A stretch of 63,471 nucleotides of DNA, the filler included, from Nemertoderma westbladi (taxonomy: Eukaryota > Animalia > Xenacoelomorpha), in NCBI GenBank assembly GCA_032718475.1. It is 3 parts of 3 records of this genome, joined end to end, with 100 filler letters (N's around TTAATTAATTAA, not from the genome) between each part and the next. Parts side by side here need not be neighbours in the genome. Positions count along the whole stretch, not along the records: positions 1 to 20,619 come from JAUCBJ010006923.1; positions 20,720 to 51,120 come from JAUCBJ010005831.1; 1 more part is not named here. One strand, given 5' to 3'. The translations under genes were made by a program, and so were the position numbers. The first letter of the stretch is position 1, and each line of letters opens with the position of its first letter. The notes below the pieces were generated by a model, which saw only the letters and a program-made list of their open reading frames with translations, did not search any database and was not told the DNA's origin. Below are positions 11,522-25,474 of this stretch, one piece after another.

Positions 11522-11932
11522 AAAATGTTGTTCACAATTGTAAACTTGGCAGATTGCCTGACCAATGCAGCGCTCAGCCCTACCCCCCTATTAAATTACA
11601 GTATCGGAGTATTGCTGTATTGCAGCTTAAGTTCATTAAATTTTGTAAACCTACTGCTGTACCGCTCTTACGCTACCCATGACTGGTACACATTTTTAAT
11701 ATTCCAAGGTACTGAGTAGCCTACTACCAATAATTATAGTACAAGCTGCCAGTATTACACGTTTAGTGTTATTATTAATCTGTTAATCTAATTTGCCTCG
11801 CCTGAAGCGTATCTTCCTCTCTAAATTGACTACAACTATAAGCTGTAGGTCTTACCGTACTCAATACAGCAGGGAACTGCTGCATTGACCAGCTGATCTG
11901 CTGAGTTTAAAATTAATTGTGAACAGCATTTT
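11522..11932. mobile_element. Degenerate inverted-repeat element (MITE-like)
   Basis: aaaatgttgttcacaatt...ccaatgcagc (11522-11571) is an imperfect reverse complement of gctgcattga...aattgtgaacagcatttt (11879-11932). Confidence 0.45.
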
Positions 11933-13977
11933 CAAAATTGACTTCCCGCGCTTGCTTAAACCCACAATTTCGTTTCTTGGCAACTTGTTACCCCTTATAT
12001 AATTGTTTCTAGACCAACAATCTTTTCATGCACCAACCCTATTCACACTCTAGCTTGAAAACACATTCATGGCCCTAATATAGGTAAAAATCCTGAAAAT
12101 TAAACATAAAATAGAAAATAGTGCGACTCTCCAGTAAAAAAATGTGTGTCAGTTTTGTAGTCTCTCAGTGCTCAGACGAGATAAGGGGGGAAACTGAACG
12201 CAAATCCCATCTCGGCGAATTAATATCCAGCCTTAATGTTACATTCTTAATTGTGGGAAAGAGGAGCAGTTTACAATGGCACGTTATTCTAACCAAAACA
12301 ATAAACTAAAGTCAATAGAACAGGTTAGAGTTTTATTTTTGGTAGTAATAAGTTGTTATTTGCATCGAATTTGCCCTGGAGAGGGATGAATTTGTATTGC
12401 CTAGAAAGTCCCCCCATATCTGGCTCGGACTGAACATATAACAACTAACTCCCTTGTAGAGAAATATCTCAGTTTTAAAGAGTTTAAAGACGGTAGCTTT
12501 GGATAATCTTGGATTGAATTCCCAGAGTCGATGTCCTTCAAAATAAGTTCGCGCTGGTCTTCTGCAGGTAGCTAGCTGCCTAGTGTTGCTACTTTTGAAC
12601 TATACAGCTAATCTACATTATAAAAAAACATTAAAATATAAAAAACAATGCATGAATGCAACAGGCAATTGAAAAACTAATAAGAAAAAAGATTCTCCAT
12701 AATTTTTTACTCCAGGATGTGTATGTTAATCAGTCTCAAACTGGATACCGGTAACATAAACAACATGGCCTTCGCTAGCAAGGTCTCGATTTACCTTGTG
12801 CCAGTCCTTGCTTCAGTAATCTTTGATCAATTCATAAACATTGTAACGAATTTAAATTCACTCTGCCTCAAAAACTGTGCCTTAAATAATTACTTCTAAC
12901 CGATTCAGCGTCTCTGGAAACCTTATATTCCATCAAACAAAATCATATGAAGCTCTTGTAAAAATTTATATTAAGATTGGTTTTATTATCTAAATAGGAA
13001 ATATGAGGGAGGGCGGGGTGGGCATTGAACACTTCCAGAAATGAAGCAATTGCCATCGTTTATATTTTATAATTAGGAATTCTAACTAAATGAGACACGT
13101 TTGCTGCATACCATCTCGTGCTGAACGTGACATTATCTATCAAGGACGTTTCTAGAAATTAAGGACATATTCATGTACGGTTTAATTAATTTCATATCCG
13201 GCATCATCGCCTTGGTTCTTGGTTGTTTAATGAATTTCATTGAAGTCACCATGACGTTTACTAAAGATTCAAACAGTTAAGTCATAGTTAGACTTCCATT
13301 CCCATTTATAAATCTAATCAGCAATGTGGGAACACAAGAATACGACAGCTATAATTAATAATAACAATTTGTTATAAATGTCAGGAATCATTATGTTATT
13401 TATACAAAGCATTCAATGCAAAGAAGTGACAGGCTACCATACAATGTCATCATCACAATGAAATGTCATGGTTTTGAAATACAGGAGTGGGTGGTAGATG
13501 AATATTAGTAGAAAGTAATTCCCAGCTGGGTACCTAGCATTCAATGTAGCTAGCATCTATAATTGATTCACAGATTCACAAGTTTTCCCGGAAGGAGTAA
13601 CTTTTTCAATAGAAATAATTTTTGACAAGAAATAATGAGTAAATTCATTATTGGAAGAAGGTATACGTTCCAAGGACGCAGGAATTATTCAGTGAGTGAT
13701 TGCGCGGGATAACTGCCAAAGACAATAAAGAATGTATCCAACATTTGATGTTGAGGCTTTTGGTTGTCAGTGTAAAATGCATTGATCGTATATAAATGTA
13801 TATAATATATTAACAAAATAAGGTCAGGCCAGATGCCCTACTACCTACTACTATGGTAGTAATGTGGTCCTATCAGCAACTCTCAGCCCACTATGGCAGC
13901 TCAACAGTGCTAAGGGCACTATTGATGAGGGCAGTATATTTTTTCGCCATTTTTGTTGGTTTTTTAAAGTTATTTTG

Positions 13978-14253
13978 GCCCATGTGAAGAATACCAGACA
14001 TTCTGCCGTTATATTTCACTTTGCAGTTACCCCCATGTGAAGAATACCAGGTTTTCACCAATAGCACAGGTTACAGAAGGGCTGATTCTAACCAAAACAA
14101 TAAACGAATTAGTATATCTACAGGTTATAAGACAGAAACAACCGCTATAAAACAGCTAATAAAGATAAATTTATAAAAATAAAAAATCTTCATATAGAAA
14201 ATACCAATAAAAATTCGACCAAAAAGTGAAATCCTGGTATTCTTCACATGGGC
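13978..14253. mobile_element. MITE with perfect 20-bp TIRs GCCCATGTGAAGAATACCAG
   Basis: Perfect inverted ends, an internal third TIR copy near 14032, and two further family members in the window. Confidence 0.8.
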
Positions 14254-17200
14254 GGTTATTTTAGATGCCAAAAATGGCACTGAATTTTTTTTTAATAGAT
14301 TTTTTTTTAAACAGCCCACTAAATTTAGTTGCCTGACTTGGTTTGTACTCGTAAACTGTTTAATCTTTAATTCACACGTTTAATTGACAAGTAAACCAGT
14401 TACTGTTCTAAAACTATGACTGAAACGAAAACTACTACTTGGTATAGACAGACTGGTGTATAATAATGACAGTATGACCAATCTCCATTTTCTCCTATCT
14501 TTAATTGTTTATTTAGCTGGTTAGGCATTACAAAGTTAGGGTGGTTGCTAGTATATTAGACATAACATTAACAGTTGAAAAGTGTTGTGTTGTTTGATAT
14601 AGGTCGGGACACTTCATCGTTGGAATCTTCATCTGTTACTGTAATTCCGTCGATATTTAGTATCTTGACATCCCGAGAAATAGAGCCGATGGATTTAGTT
14701 TTTATCGAATCTTTGCTGTACATCTGTAAGCGGATTCAATTCGCTGCACTACCCAGCGAAAAATGGGCGAAGTGGCTTTTTACCAATTATAGTTGGGAAG
14801 GTGACATTACTAATATAATATCACCTAATAACCAACTCAGGCAACCCACACTGCCAGACACGTATAGAGTTGAGAGGCCATAAGCCATCTCAGGGGACAA
14901 AGGGGCTAGCAATTGGGAACAGTGGCAACAGGGAGTGGCGAGATGGAGATTAATTAGGTTAGCCAATGATGGGAGGGGAAAACAGGTGATTGCAACGCAT
15001 CCATTGGCCAGGCCGCTTAGAACAGTAGGTGTAACTAATATGTGTTAGTGATATAACCATTGTACTTATTGATTCTGATTCAGTTGGTATTTGTAGAGTT
15101 GTGAGACCGGAACGGTTTTTAACCGTCATCATTACCGTGCTATTATATTCTGACTGTGCTATTATTATGTTCTAACATTACAACAACTGGCACTAAAAAC
15201 TCAGTTATTCAAACAGCCTTCGGCCTTAATATTCAGACATCAGCCTTTCAGCAGCCTATGGTCGCAGCGACGTGTATAGCCCAAACAACACACCGGTCGG
15301 GGTTCAGATGCCAACTCCTGGATCCCGTCACAGTTAAAAACCGGACAGAGTCAACATCCAGCAAAAGAAATAAACTGTGACTACAGCCAACGCCAACAAT
15401 GAGCGAACAACAGATGCCCCAAGGTCCAGAGGGAGAAGCGAGCCCGCTGCGAACCCCGAGCGACAGAGACCAGACGATTCAGGAAGCAGCGAGGCGGTAC
15501 CGTCCCGACACACCGGATTCGCCAACGAGGGACGCTCCAGTCATTGAGGAGAGCGGTCGAGTACGAGGAGGAGAGGGGAGCGAGTCGACGCGAGATCACA
15601 GCGGTTAACGAGGTACTGGAGTAGCCGGCCAACCAGTGGCTGTAGGCGGTGAACGGCCCCCCGGAACGGCAAAAGTGGGACCAATGGTACGGCGCTGGAC
15701 AAGGAGGGAAGGTCAAGTCCAGGAGGAAGACGTCGGGACGAGCAATCGCCTGCGGCGAGGGTACAACGCCACCAGGAAGTTGTTAAAGGACGCTAAAACT
15801 GGAGGAAAGGTAGACCAGCCCAAGTTGTACCGGAGGCTAGGTGAGTGCAACAAACATTTTCACCACCTAGTCTGATTTGGGCAGGGGGAACTAGCAAGTG
15901 AGACGGCGAGGGGGATCGCTACAGAACTGTTCGAATTGTGGCGATCCGAGGTGGTGGTGGCTAGTATAGTGTACATAGGGCCCTATCTAGTGGATGCGAG
16001 GGGGATTAAGTTAGTGGGATGGGTGGATCCGCACGGCGCCGAACCCGAGGGTAACCCTGAAGATTTGGTGTCGTTGGTTAGTAGGAATGCTAGTAAACAT
16101 AGCAAAATTAGTAGAATGAACAGGCGACGGGAGTCTGTTGCAACCGAAAAGTCCGTCACATCCTCCGCGAAAGCAAGAAGGGTGTTAAAGATAGATCTGG
16201 CGTGTCAGCTAGACATGGTCGCGTTAGACCAAAAGGAATTAGAGAGACAGCTGGATGAGGGGACTGCGTTACTAGAAAGGGAAAGGCAACATGCCAGAGA
16301 GTGTAAAGAGAGGGCCGAGAAGGTGGCGAGAGATTATAGAGAGTGGGAGGCAAGGGAGGCGGAGTGGGCTGAGAAGGAAATAAGTGAGCTTAGAGAATGT
16401 GAGGAGAAAGAAGTGAATGAGCGCAAAGAGTGGGAGACGAGAGAAACGAATGAGCGCAAAGAGCGAGAGATGAGGGAAGAGAACGAGATCAAAGAGCGAG
16501 AGGCAAGGGAAGATAATGAGCGCAAAGAGCAAGAAGCGAGAGAGGCAGCGAGGGTTGAGAGAGAAACGAACAAGCGCAGAGAGCGAGAGCGAGGAAAGCT
16601 GAGAGGATTGCGAGAGAGGCAGAATTAGCTGATCAGAGTATTAGAGAGGATAGAGAGAGAGAGAGGGCGGGTAAACGGATGTTGGATGATATGCATACCC
16701 GGTTGAGGGGGTTAATGCAATATCAGGCGAAGGAAATTAGAAGCCGATTAGAACTGGCAACAATGGGTTTATCAGAGAGCAAGGCTGGTTCGGGAAGTAT
16801 TTATGAGGAACCAGGGGTGATAGAAACCTTTGTTAATACCCCACTTACAGGTACCGGACGACAGACTCAGGACTGCTGTGACCAGATGGATGGGGGGGGG
16901 GGGGGGGGGGGTAATGACAATACGTTCAATGAGAACATTAATATTAATAGTACTGTACTAGATAACCCTAATAATAATGAAACATTTCTTGCAGGAAATA
17001 ATATTTTGATTAATAATAATGTAAATATTGGTACGCTAAATAATGAGAATAACTTAAATAATAATGTTATAAATAATCCCAGTGAAATTAATCAAAATAA
17101 TGCAAGTAATAATATAACAAATCAGCAGGGTGAGGCTAGTGGCGGTATAATTAATACAAATGTTGGGGAAACAGGTAATTCGCCTAGCGGGGGCCTACAA

Positions 17201-17290
17201 GGCTGAGCGGTTGCGCAAAGAGAGACGCAGGCGAATTAACCCAGGGAGAATATAAGTAATGTGTCGACTGGAGGGGAACATGGGCATGCG

Positions 17291-17600
17291 GGCGAAAGGG
17301 GTGAAGTGAGAAGTGACGGGGGGGGGGGGGGGGCTATGGGCACCACACCGCAACCAGTTAGAGGCGAAAGGGGCGAAGTGAGAAGTGACGGGTGGGGGGG
17401 AGCTACGGGCACCCCACCGCAACCAGTTAGAGGCGAAAGGGGTGAAGTGAGAAGTGACGGGTGGGGGGAGGCTATGGGCACCCCACTGCAACCAGTTAGA
17501 GGCGAAAGGGGCGAAATGACGGGTGGGGGGGGGGGGCTACGGGCACCCCACCGCAATCAGTTAGTGACGGGAGGGGGGGGGCAACAGAAGCCCCATGGAC
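17291..17600. repeat. About 69-bp G-rich minisatellite (about 4 copies) inside the BEL gag region
   Basis: Repeated ggcgaaaggggYgaagtgagaagtgacggg...gggcaccccaccgcaaccagttaga. Confidence 0.85.
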
Positions 17601-19039
17601 ATCTGTGGGAAATGCGCGCAGTGGGATAAGTGAACCGTGGCACCCGACAATGGAGGATAGTAGAAGGACAACGAATATCCTCAAGGCCCTACAACCGGCA
17701 GAGGGAGGGACGTTGGTGCCGTAAGCGGCCAAAGGAGAAAATGTCGAGCCCACTCGGAAGATGGAAGGAGAACAGTAGAGTTCATCCGGGAGGTCGATAT
17801 GAGACCTCATGAAGGAGGACATAATGCCGGCATAATGCGAGGCATCGAGACCAGACGGACAGCGAACCGTCGATAGTCGATCTAGAGGGGGAGAGCCGGT
17901 GGGGTCGTACTTCGGAAGATTGCCATCGCCCCGGAGAAACACAACCTGGCGAAATATATCATATACCGGGTGAGGGGTACAGAGTGTACCGAGAGGTACG
18001 AGGAGGAAGACAGAGGAAGGGATCGGAGGGAAACTTCCCATCGGAACGTAACTGCGGATCGATGATATGGTAGTCGCGGGGAGGAGTTCTCGGAATATTC
18101 GAGAAGATTAAACTTCGATCCGGAGGAACACAGGCAGACTGCAGGACATACTGTAGGTCTTACTGCACATACTATAGGCCATGCTGGGAGAGATAATGTA
18201 GGTGATAGGGTGGCGTGAATGCCGGGATTGGACCCGGGAGTTGCGGCTTACATACCGGTGAGTAGGCAAGAACCTGCTAGGCCTATACCGGTACCTGCAC
18301 ACCAGTATGACTATAATATGCAGGGATATAATAGATACCCAGGGGAAGGCGGGGGGGGGGGTATTGCAGATAGGAGTATGGGCCTCAATATAATGACATC
18401 TACCCTAGTGCCAAATATAACATCAGTGGGGGGGGGGGGGGGGGGGCAGGGTGACATTACCCCATTACCGTATCCGCAATACACACAACCAAACCCCCCT
18501 CAGATCCAAATAGATCGTGTGACACAGAGATATGGAGGGGACCGCTACCCCTAATGATATATCCCACTAAGGGAAAGTCAATGAACCCAAGAGGCGAAGC
18601 ATAACCAATATTGAAGGAGCCTGCATCCCTACTGTCGAGTGCGCTGGAAGTTCAAGCGATGGGAATGGCAACACTCATCAACGTGCTGAAAACTAGAATT
18701 GAGCTGCCACCCTTGGAGCCTTTCAAGTTTGATGGTAGCAAGCCAGAAGAATATCTACAGTTCCGGAGGATGTACAGCAACGAGATTTTGACGAAAAATC
18801 TCACACAGGTGGAGTGCCTTAAATACCTACAAGTCTATACAGGGGGGCCAGCCTACGGCACCGTGAGGCAATACCAAGGTATTGAAGGAGGATTCACGAC
18901 TGCGTGGAGAGCCCTGGACAGGGAATTTGGCCATCCTGCAACCGACAGGGGAATAACATCAGGCGGACTGCCGCCTGATGGCGGCAGTCCGCCAAGATCC
19001 GGGCCAAGATCAGGCGGAGGGTGCCGGGATCCATACTAA

Positions 19040-19816
19040 ATGAGGCTATGTGTCATACATGTGAGGATTTACAATCCGCTAGGTCTAGCTTCCCCGTTGT
19101 TAGTCACAGGGAAACAAATATTGAAGAAGGTCTACAAGATCAAAGATGACTGGGACGAGGAAGTCCCAGTGGAGATAAGCAAACAGTGGGAGAAATGGAC
19201 AGGGAGCCTCAAAAAAATGGAGACTTATAGTATGCCACGTGTATACTTCCCGGATGGGGACATGACCGATTTAGAACTACATATGTTCTCCAATGCATCC
19301 CTGGAAGCATATGGTGTGGCACTTTATTTGATACAGCGGAAGGGGACTCCTAAGCCCAGGCTTGCGTTTAGTAAAGCGAGGTTGACACCACCCGATTCAG
19401 CATCAGTGCCCAAACTCGAGCTAACGGCTGCGAGACTAGGAGTCAGAGCGACAGCACACTTGGTGGACACGATACCAGGTATAGTAGAGATACACTACTG
19501 GACAGATTCCATGGTAGTGTTGGGATGGTTGCATAACGAGAAGACGCGTTATCCCATATTTGTGGCGAATAGAGTGGATGAGAAAAGAGCAACAACAGAC
19601 TTGGAGAAGTGGCACTACTGCCCAACTGACGACAATCCAGCGGATCTGCTATCAAGGGGCATTGTACACCACGCTTTCTCGAGGAAGCAGGAGTTGTGGC
19701 TGCATGGCCCGCACTTCCTGAACGACAGGTCAAAGTGGCCGCCGATGAGGAAGGTAGATACAAGTATAGAGGAAGAGGTAGTGGAGGATGAGAGTGGGGA
19801 AACAGAAGGGGAATAA
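19040..19816 (+). pseudogene. BEL/Pao pol fragment (RNase H, Peptidase_A17-type region)
   Basis: YNPLG, ELHMFSNAS..AYG, SKARLTP, PKLEL.AA, WTDS..VL.W, FVANRV, NPADLLSRG and W.HGP.FL motifs. Confidence 0.88.
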
Positions 19817-20619
19817 ATATTTAGTCAGCTAGTGAGGGAGGTTAAGGAGGCGCCACCACGATCTAAGGCGATAGAGTCGTGCGATAACCCAACGGACAGG
19901 CTGCTCAGTTACAGCTCAAGCTGGTACAAGACGAAGAAGCTAGTAGCATTTTTGAGGGCCTACGGAGAATTCCTTAGGGGAACTGGTAAAGACACCAACA
20001 CGAGACCCACCATCGATCTGGAAGGAGCGGCTAAAGCCGTGATACGATACGAACAAAGGAATGGATATGGAGACTAAGTAGACCGCATCAGCAAACAACA
20101 ACGCCTTTGTCAAGACAGCGAGCTCAACGTGCTGTCACCACAATTAGATAAGGATGGGATCCTGGTCATGAACTCCAGCGTGGTGAACAACATCAGCCCC
20201 ATAATCCCACCAAAGCCAATAATAATCCCCAACAAGTCACCAATAGTCCACCAGATCATATGAGACACCCATAAGTCCATACTACACGGGGGTACCAACC
20301 AGACCCTAACGGAGATTCGAAAGATATTCTGGGTAATCCAGCTCAGGAAGATGGTGAGGGCGGTAGTGGGGCAATGCCAGACGTGCCGACGGATGAAGAA
20401 GGAGAGGGCCGTACAGGAGATGGCACCATTGCCGACCAACAGGGTGAGGCATCATGACCCACCGTTCACACACTGCAGCGTGGACATGTTCGGGCCGATT
20501 AAAATAAAGATGATGCGGCATACGGAGAAATGTTACGCATTATCTTCATCTGCAATAATACAAGGGCAGTGGGGATAGAACTAGCTCAGGACGCCACGGC
20601 GTCGGCATTTATTAATGCA

Positions 20620-20719
20620 NNNNNNNNNNNNNNNNNNNNNNNNNNNNNNNNNNNNNNNNNNNNTTAATTAATTAANNNNNNNNNNNNNNNNNNNNNNNNN
20701 NNNNNNNNNNNNNNNNNNN
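20620..20719. other. Assembly gap with artificial spacer (44 N + TTAATTAATTAA + 44 N)
   Basis: Identical construct at 51121-51220. The spacer has stops in all six frames. Confidence 0.97.
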
Positions 20720-22500
20720 AGAAGTCAACAAAGATAACAACCAGATGCCTGTCTTTCTTTTTTGATAATTCATCAATTATCCTTCTAAGTGCCAAAATGG
20801 GCTCCATGGTCCCACGACCTTTACGGAACCCATTCTGATTTCCACGGAGCAGTCTCTCAAAGGGATCCCTGATGCGATTTAATAGAATCCTATTGTATAG
20901 CTTTGCAGCAATCGAGATCAATGCGATTCCCCAAAAAGAACCATAGAGTGTTAGGTTGCCCTTTTTGGGAACTGGCACCAACTTATTTGTTTTCATTTCT
21001 TGTGGGACTCTTGTTGTTCGGTACATGTCTACTATGATGGGATAGATGAGCTTTAAACACTCGGGTATTTTAAAGACCTCAGGAGGAACACCATCTACTC
21101 CACTGGCACGATTGGTCTTAATGCTCTTTGCAGCAGCCTTCACTTCTGCAAAGGAGATATCGCCAATGGGAATATCTGGGAGTACAGACTCAGACACTTT
21201 TACTTCTATAAAGTTATCAGGCAATACCCTGTCATTATTGAGGAGCTTTTCAAAGTGGTCCTTCCAACCATTGAGGCGATCGGCTGGTGATTCAGCCTTA
21301 ACCTTGGTGGTTGGTTGGCTTTTCCGCCCAGTAAGCAAGTTGATCGATTTCCATGCCTGGGATGATTGCCTGCTGTCGTCAGCATCAATGATGGCATCAA
21401 CCTGTTGGTTTATTAGCTCCTGTAGATTAACAGAGTACTGCCTGTTCAGGGACCTAGATGCAGCCTTAACTGCATTCTTGGCCGCTGTAGTCTGTTTGAG
21501 TCGGGACTCTTTCTGCGCCTTATAGAGGTCATTTCGGCACTTCTGAATTTTGTTGTCAGTCCAGGGGGCCCTTTTCCTGTTTCGAGGGTATACAGGAACT
21601 GTTTCTGCAGCTGCTAACTTAACTGCTCTCTGTGAAGGCAGTATAGCCCTCACAGTGATCTGCCGCCTCAGAGGCAAGAACCTCATACCTGTTGCTCAGC
21701 TGTAGTGTGAAGCTGGCTCTCACACTTGGCTGTTGCAACAGAGAGGACCAGTCATGCCGCGGTAAGGCAGATTTCGTTGTTCTGCTAGCACGCAGACTAA
21801 GTCTTACCTTGGCCACAATAAGGCGGTGATCGATCACTGGAGAATTGTCGAAGTGTAAATGCATTACAGTCTTGTATAGAGCTACTGTATTTCCTACGAA
21901 ACAGGATATGGTCTATCTGGGACTTGTGACCACTGGGTCCACTATGAGTCCATAGCTTTCCAGTTCGCTTCTTGAACTGGGTTCCAGCCGAAAACAATCC
22001 ATTTCCAGAGATAAAATCCTGAAGATGGACGGAATTTCGGTTAACACTATTGCTATAGACCCAGAGCGATGTAGGTGATTGATGCTGACTTGCATTAAAG
22101 TCTCACAGGAATGTTAAGAATGCATGCTGATCCACTCCATCAGTAGCTGCTTGTAGATTGTGGTAGAAATTTTCCACCTCCTCTACAGGGGCAACACTAG
22201 TTGGAGAGTAGCACACAATCAGAACCACCTTAGGAAACTTCTTAACCAGTCTTCCAGAACATGAGAAGTGGCAACGGATGATGCGGTTAGAGATTTGGTC
22301 TATTTTTTCCAATGCTGCATGTGCAGGTGGATTCATCAATAGACCAATTCCACCATTGCCACTATCATCTGCTGACCCGAGGGCGAGTCGCCAACCGCCC
22401 CCATGTCCTTAATCAGAACCTCATTATTTGCCCTAGTAAGAGGGTCTATGCAGCTACAGGTGGCACCTCCTTTATGCTGCATGGAGGTGGCAAGTTTTCT
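20720..22500 (-). mobile_element. RTE/RTEX-type LINE (AP endonuclease plus start of RT), degenerate, cut by the gap
   Basis: CYSPT, WTH..SQIDHIL, DHRLI endonuclease motifs. RASGVDGVPPEVFK, VPVPKKG, NQNGFRKGRGT and FVDF RT motifs. Homologous to 48180-50265. Confidence 0.9.
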
Positions 22501-22749
22501 TGATCAATGACCTAGAATACCTGACCTGACTTGTAAAACGATTTTGTAAAATTTTGTATTTTGGAAAATTTTGTAAAACGAGTGGTAGAATTAGAATACG
22601 CCTCATGCAGTCAGATCTGGGAACATTATTTTATAGTCTTTATCTTTATGTATAATACTTATACTTAAATATATAATACTTATTATTACTTATAATTATC
22701 CGTTATTCATGATGTTTGGGATTAACTAGCTAGTTTAAATATAAACTAT

Positions 22750-25210
22750 GTATGTGTATTGGGTCATTGTCTGGAGATAACGTATACTCCTCATCAGAAC
22801 TAGTTTCTGTCTCCTATATGTTTGTCCTGTACTTCGATACTAACCTTAGTATTGAAGACCATCTCGGTTCTTTCTCTGAGCATCGTCTTCGAGGGGCCTG
22901 TGCAAAACCTGCCCACTCTAGTTCGTCCAGCATAAGTTTGCAAAGGCTGGGGATTTACAAGTCGTTTTTCCAGTATTTCCAACACCTCATGATCGTTTTG
23001 TCCTTCAATAGCTGGACTCCTGGTTTATCCACCCTAAACCCGGAACTCGGGACTCGGAACCCGGGACTCCGTACTTACTTGCAAATTTATCTTCGTCCCA
23101 GTTTTATAAATCAGCCTAATTGGCCGCAAAGGCTAATTGATTAAGACAGTTCTCACCAGTATAGAAATTCTCCATCTCAGCACTGGTATATCACATCTCA
23201 CATATATACCACTGAGTGGTATATATGTCATAAGCATCACTGAATTGTATGTGTAATGAGTCGTAGTGCGATGGGGTGTTATGTATAATCTCGGAACCAT
23301 AAATAGAATGACGGATACACAAATATATAAAATACAAAAGGAGAACAGTAAGACAGTAACAGAAAGGCACGGGAGTACATCAAGGAAAACTAATAATCGA
23401 AATACAATAGAAAATAGGCAATACAGCAGTAGTGTTTTTGTACCTCTATATCTAGGCCTTTCAGGAGTCAGGTCTCAGTCTCAAGTATCCATCTCTGGTG
23501 GTGGGGGGTATCTACATATATGGTCATTGGGTTCGATAGGTTTCATCTTTTCCATATAGAGCATTGAATGGTGTTTGGCACCGCATTTAGAACATTTAAT
23601 GTCCAAATAGCAAGTGCTACATTGATGTCCGGGTCTTAAGCAATTAAAACATAAGCGCTTGTCGAAGGCTACTACTCTCCGTTCTTTGAGGGACTTCTTC
23701 AGCAAAAATGGGCATTTCCCTATAACTGTGATTCTCCTCACAAACCACGCACTTAAAGGGTTTGATACTTGATGATTTAGCTAGGAGGGTGTTCTGAGAT
23801 TCAGAGGCTTCCATACCTGGCTTAAAAGTTGTTCGTTTAGGTGAACTCGGGGGGGGGGGGGGGGGGGGGGGTGTGCTTGATGTAATTTTTAAACTTACCT
23901 GTAGACTCAGTATTTCCAGGGAAAAGTACACTCTCGAAGATTATCTTTCGGTGTCATCCTCCAGAGAAGTACCGTTATCGTATTCTGTATAGCACATGGA
24001 GGGGACCGTTGTCGGGTTACCAGCTTTTCACTAACCTTAGGTTCGAAGTTCTTTTCTCTCGTCTGCCTGCTCAATTGTAACTGAACTCCCATTGATAGGA
24101 ACTCTATGAGGTCGGCCATAGTTGGGTTCCTCTGTTTTTTCTTGAAATAGAGAACAATTATATCCCAACAATTGCTGATATTAACCCTTAGGCAGTGATT
24201 CGTCTATGACACCCACTACCATACTACCATAGAACTTTGGTATTCAGTGGACTGACCCAACCAATCTAGCTGTCTACATACCTCTTGTATTTCGTCCGAA
24301 AATTATATGAGTCCATTACACAATACTTTCTTCGGTGCTATTAATTTAGCATAGAGATGTCTAGCTATAGCAGTTCGATCACCTGGATCACCTTCGATCA
24401 CTGAGGTTTAGCGTTTCCCAGACCTGATTCAATCTATCCGGATGTCCTATGAACTTTAACGCCCTGACCTTGGGAGGTCCCTCTAAACATTCAATGAGAA
24501 AATGATTGTTGACTGTTGGATAAAACCGAGCTTTGGATATTATTATCTTTTTAATACTTATTGAATGGTAAACTTCATCTCGTCTCCATTAAATTTTACA
24601 ACCTCCCCTACTGATACCGCTTGCCTCACTTCCGTTTGGGCCATCTGTTGGGTGAAACTCTCTTGAGCTAGCGTGCTATTGAAGAGAGAGTTATAAGAAT
24701 ATGGAGTGTAGGATGAGTACTGGGGGGAATATTTTGAGCAGCCAATCGACTAGGTAGATGGTTCCGAGATGTCCCAAGTGGTTCTTTATCAGGATATAGA
24801 TAGTTAGGCAAGGAACCATGATCATTAGAATGTTCTGCGAAAGGTGGTTTTAATATTGTTACAGGAGGGGGTATACTTTTATGTATGTTAACCAGCCTAT
24901 AACTATCTAACTCTATCTGCTGTTGTACCTCTTGCAGGTTCTGATTTACATTTTCTTAATATACCTTCCAAATCTCTCAAATGGTCTACAGTCTGTTCCC
25001 TTACCTGGCAAATTGCAAGGGAGTAAGCTTTGGAGCTTTGAGTAAGCTTTGAGTTGCGCATTAAAGGACGCAAAGATTTACAGCAGTTACACAAATAAAC
25101 TCTTTGTTTAAAATATAAACAAACAGTTCTTAAATGATCTTATTTTTAACAGGCTATTTTAAAACTGAAATTCTGTACGCACGAGTTAGATGCATGCTGC
25201 ATGCCGTTCA
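22750..25210 (-). mobile_element. Highly decayed BEL/Pao gag-protease remnant
   Basis: Triple zinc-knuckle signature CVVCEENH / CFNCLRPGHQCSTC / CSKCGAKHHSML at about 23550-23760. The surrounding frames are broken. Confidence 0.7.
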
Positions 25211-25474
25211 AAATATGTTAACTGGTCAGTTCTCCAGTTATCTTCATTAAAAATGCCATATTATTTACGTATAGTTCACTTTTAAAACGTATTTTGCTTT
25301 CATGAATTAACCAACTATTGTGTGGCATATAATCAGTTGTGGATTATTTGTCACAAATATATATTTCGTTAAAAACAATGATTTTTGAGACAATTTTTTA
25401 TTCAAATGGCATACGTCTCCAACATGATCGACGAACCCAAACATAATTTGGTGAGTTTACCGATAACTCGTTAA

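Larger units (their letters stand above)
15399..20619 (+). mobile_element. Degenerate, internally deleted BEL/Pao LTR retrotransposon (runs into the gap)
   Basis: Coiled-coil and low-complexity gag region. DUF1759-like LPPLEPFKFDG at 18611-19039. Pao RNase H region at 19040-19816. Integrase HHCC (HKSILHGG...CQTC) and PPFTHCSVDMFGP at about 20270-20520. Many stops and frameshifts. Confidence 0.85.

Noticed and set aside
12350-12960. Minus-strand coding-like stretch containing LKLRYFSTRE (DNMT2-like phrase)
   Set aside because: Flanking frames have many stops and none of the other methyltransferase motifs.
14583-15190. Possible 5' LTR of the BEL element (TGTTGT...ACAACA then ACTGG)
   Set aside because: The second LTR would lie beyond the gap, so the boundaries cannot be verified.
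20664-20675. TTAATTAATTAA palindrome between N runs (also 51165-51176)
   Set aside because: Artificial scaffolding spacer.
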